The translations under genes and the position numbers were made by a program. Shown in pieces: positions 15,112 through 16,781 of a DNA stretch of 16,781 nucleotides (position 1 is the first letter of the stretch; every line of letters starts with the position of its first letter). Under the pieces are notes generated by a model that had not been told where the DNA came from, did not search any database, and worked only from the letters and a program-made list of their open reading frames with translations. The stretch lies in NCBI GenBank assembly GCA_003345595.1, contig PRDI01000024.1, positions 1 to 16,781 of the forward strand. Reading direction: 5' to 3'. This stretch comes from Candidatus Thorarchaeota archaeon. Its GTDB lineage: Archaea; Asgardarchaeota; Thorarchaeia; Thorarchaeales; Thorarchaeaceae.

Positions 15112-16128
15112 TCACATGATGCCAGTGCGATGCCAATCGAGGATGTGTGCTGCCCATCCACACACTCTTGAGATTGCGAACATGTCCGTGTTGAGCTCTG
15201 CAGGAATTCCGAGAGTTGAATAGACCGCTGCGTTGTACAGGTCCACGTTGGGGTAGAGCTTCTGACCCTTGAGCTCAAGCAGCAGTCGACTTCCTACGGT
15301 AGCCACAGCCTCTGTAAGTCTGAACAGTATCTCTTGGTCTGTTCCGGCTGTCCGCCTCTGAAGAATCCCTCTGAGAACAGTAGCTCTTGGGTCTATAGCT
15401 CGATAGACTCGATGACCCATTCCGAAGACTCTCTCACCGTGCTTGATCCTACTTCGAAGATACTCTTCAGCTCTCTCAGGTGACTCCATCTCCCGCATCA
15501 TCAGCATCGCCTGCTCACCTGCTCCGTGATGAAGAGCTTTGGAATGCTCCTGAAGAGCCGCGAAAAGAGAACTTGACACGGATTCACCTGAACGCAGACT
15601 CTCCTCTAGAACACCAAGGGATGGGTTCTGTGGATCATCCAGGTGAAGGATTAGGCAGATTTGAAAGTCTTTCAGCACCTCTTCCATGTTCTCGATACCG
15701 AGCATCCAGAGCGTGTTTGCAGCATGGCCAAGTTCGCCCCGAGGTGGTATCGTTTCTAAGCTATGTGCTCGCCGCCATTGTGCGGCCACAACAACTGGAA
15801 ACGCCGCGACAAAGAATAGAAGTTCATGCTCGAGGTCGAGCCTGTACCTCTTGCCAATATCATCCAGGTTGCCTACGAATCTGTCCAGAGGACTTCGACC
15901 TCCAAGATTGTCCGATGGAAGTATAGAAGGGAGGATGCTCTTACATCGTGACCAATCCACTTTCATCTCATCACTGAAACGCCTGAGCTCATCAGACGAG
16001 GGTTGCAACCCATGGAGAAGGAGGAAGAGAGCAGCCTCGAAGCTGCTAGTCTTGGAAAGCTCTGTGGCATCCACGCCTCTGAAGAACAGTCGGCTCTGAG
16101 TCGGATCAATTCTACTGATTGGTTCCAA
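15112..16128 (-). CDS. Citrate synthase / methylcitrate synthase family protein, divergent
   Basis: ISRID...LFFRG, SFE...FLLLHG, LHHGA, FGMGHRVY, DPRA, YPNVDLY, FAISRVCGW. TTG start with GGAG upstream and a TATATA box near 16168-16173. Confidence 0.88.
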   Translation of the reverse strand: MEPISRIDPTQSRLFFRGVDATELSKTSSFEAALFLLLHGLQPSSDELRRFSDEMKVDWSRCKSILPSILPSDNLGGRSPLDRFVGNLDDIGKRYRLDLEHELLFFVAAFPVVVAAQWRRAHSLETIPPRGELGHAANTLWMLGIENMEEVLKDFQICLILHLDDPQNPSLGVLEESLRSGESVSSSLFAALQEHSKALHHGAGEQAMLMMREMESPERAEEYLRSRIKHGERVFGMGHRVYRAIDPRATVLRGILQRRTAGTDQEILFRLTEAVATVGSRLLLELKGQKLYPNVDLYNAAVYSTLGIPAELNTDMFAISRVCGWAAHILDWHRTGIM

Positions 16129-16285
16129 GACTAAAGCACTACTCCAATGGATTTGTCATTTTAGAAGTATATACGACACGGAGTGCCAGCCATCACAATT
16201 GCATTTCGGCTGAATATCCTTGTGCACTCATTAGTGCAGGCCCAAAGATATCAATGATGATGGCTATTGCCCCTGGGACAAAGAG

Positions 16286-16328
16286 AGGGGTCGAGAACCG
16301 ATCACTCAAGGCGAGGTCTCGCACCCCT
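16286..16328 (-). terminator. Long bulged hairpin downstream of the small membrane protein gene; probable terminator
   Basis: Minus strand reads AGGGGT-G-CGAGA-CC-TCGC(CTTGA)GTGA-TC-GG-T-TCTCG-ACCCCT, followed by CTCTTTG, about 50 nt after the stop at 16377. Confidence 0.5.
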
Positions 16329-16376
16329 AAACCTGTGGCTGAAACCAAGTTTCACATCCAATTCATTGATGGAGTC

Positions 16377-16730
16377 CTACTGGAACTGCTGCTTGACCGG
16401 CGAACTGAGCAGCAAGAGCAGCGTGATAAGAGAGAGAACTATGCCCAGTATTCCGAACACCAACGGAGCAAACAAGTACAGAACTATCGCAACGATGTTC
16501 AGGAGGACCGCGTAGTTGTACATATCCTTTTGCAGATTCTTCAATCCCATGGCAACCCACAAGGCTGCAATTGCTATAATGACCCCGAGAGCAGACAAGG
16601 CGTTCTCGTACCAGTAGAGGCCAAGGGCCGCCGCAGCAAGTCCATTGATTGCGTTTATGATAAGGAGTATGTAGACAAGATTCACTTGGCTATTACCTTT
16701 GGTTTGTGCTACGCCTATTTCTGACAACAT
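16377..16730 (-). CDS. Small hypothetical membrane protein (about 4 TM segments)
   Basis: Almost entirely hydrophobic, ending in LSSPVKQQFQ. The start is ambiguous among GTG 16736, ATG 16730 and TTG 16727. Confidence 0.75.
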   Translation of the reverse strand: MLSEIGVAQTKGNSQVNLVYILLIINAINGLAAAALGLYWYENALSALGVIIAIAALWVAMGLKNLQKDMYNYAVLLNIVAIVLYLFAPLVFGILGIVLSLITLLLLLSSPVKQQFQ

Positions 16731-16781
16731 TATCACCGATTTTCAATCTTGCACAAGATGGCAAATCAGGACCATCTAAGC

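Noticed and set aside
15085-15114. Possible TGA readthrough or frameshift restoring the citrate synthase C-terminal arm
   Set aside because: Readthrough gives only GRHG then TAG. No IRP..Y.G-like sequence is visible, and the convergent aldolase gene ends 18 nt away.
16119-16724. 201-aa plus-strand ORF
   Set aside because: Largely the antisense mirror of the hydrophobic membrane protein gene plus intergenic hairpins.
1-16781. CRISPR arrays, tRNA/rRNA genes, transposases or integrases
   Set aside because: No regularly spaced repeats, cloverleafs or mobile-element motifs were seen on manual reading.

Overview
Gene-dense prokaryotic window that looks archaeal: TATA-like boxes sit about 25-45 nt upstream of several starts, and some genes have GAGGTGA ribosome-binding sites. 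An Asgard-type lineage is my inference, based mainly on a Rab-like gene. The most interesting part is the left end, a minus-strand trio: a 608-aa PIN nuclease/helical/beta-rich protein, a 3-TM protein with an acidic tail, and a gene missing from the ORF track because it runs off the window edge (840..<1). That last gene aligns without gaps to Rab GTPases, has lost every nucleotide-binding motif, and carries a Cys-rich C-terminal domain. The rest is mostly metabolic: a small winged-HTH protein, an ADP-forming acyl-CoA synthetase alpha subunit, a hemerythrin-domain protein, a fold-type II PLP enzyme, ppdK, an orphan degenerate DppD/OppD-like ABC ATPase, an MFS + Ntn-hydrolase + DHDPS-family aldolase module, a divergent citrate-synthase-family protein and a small membrane protein. 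I saw no tRNA, rRNA, CRISPR array or mobile element.
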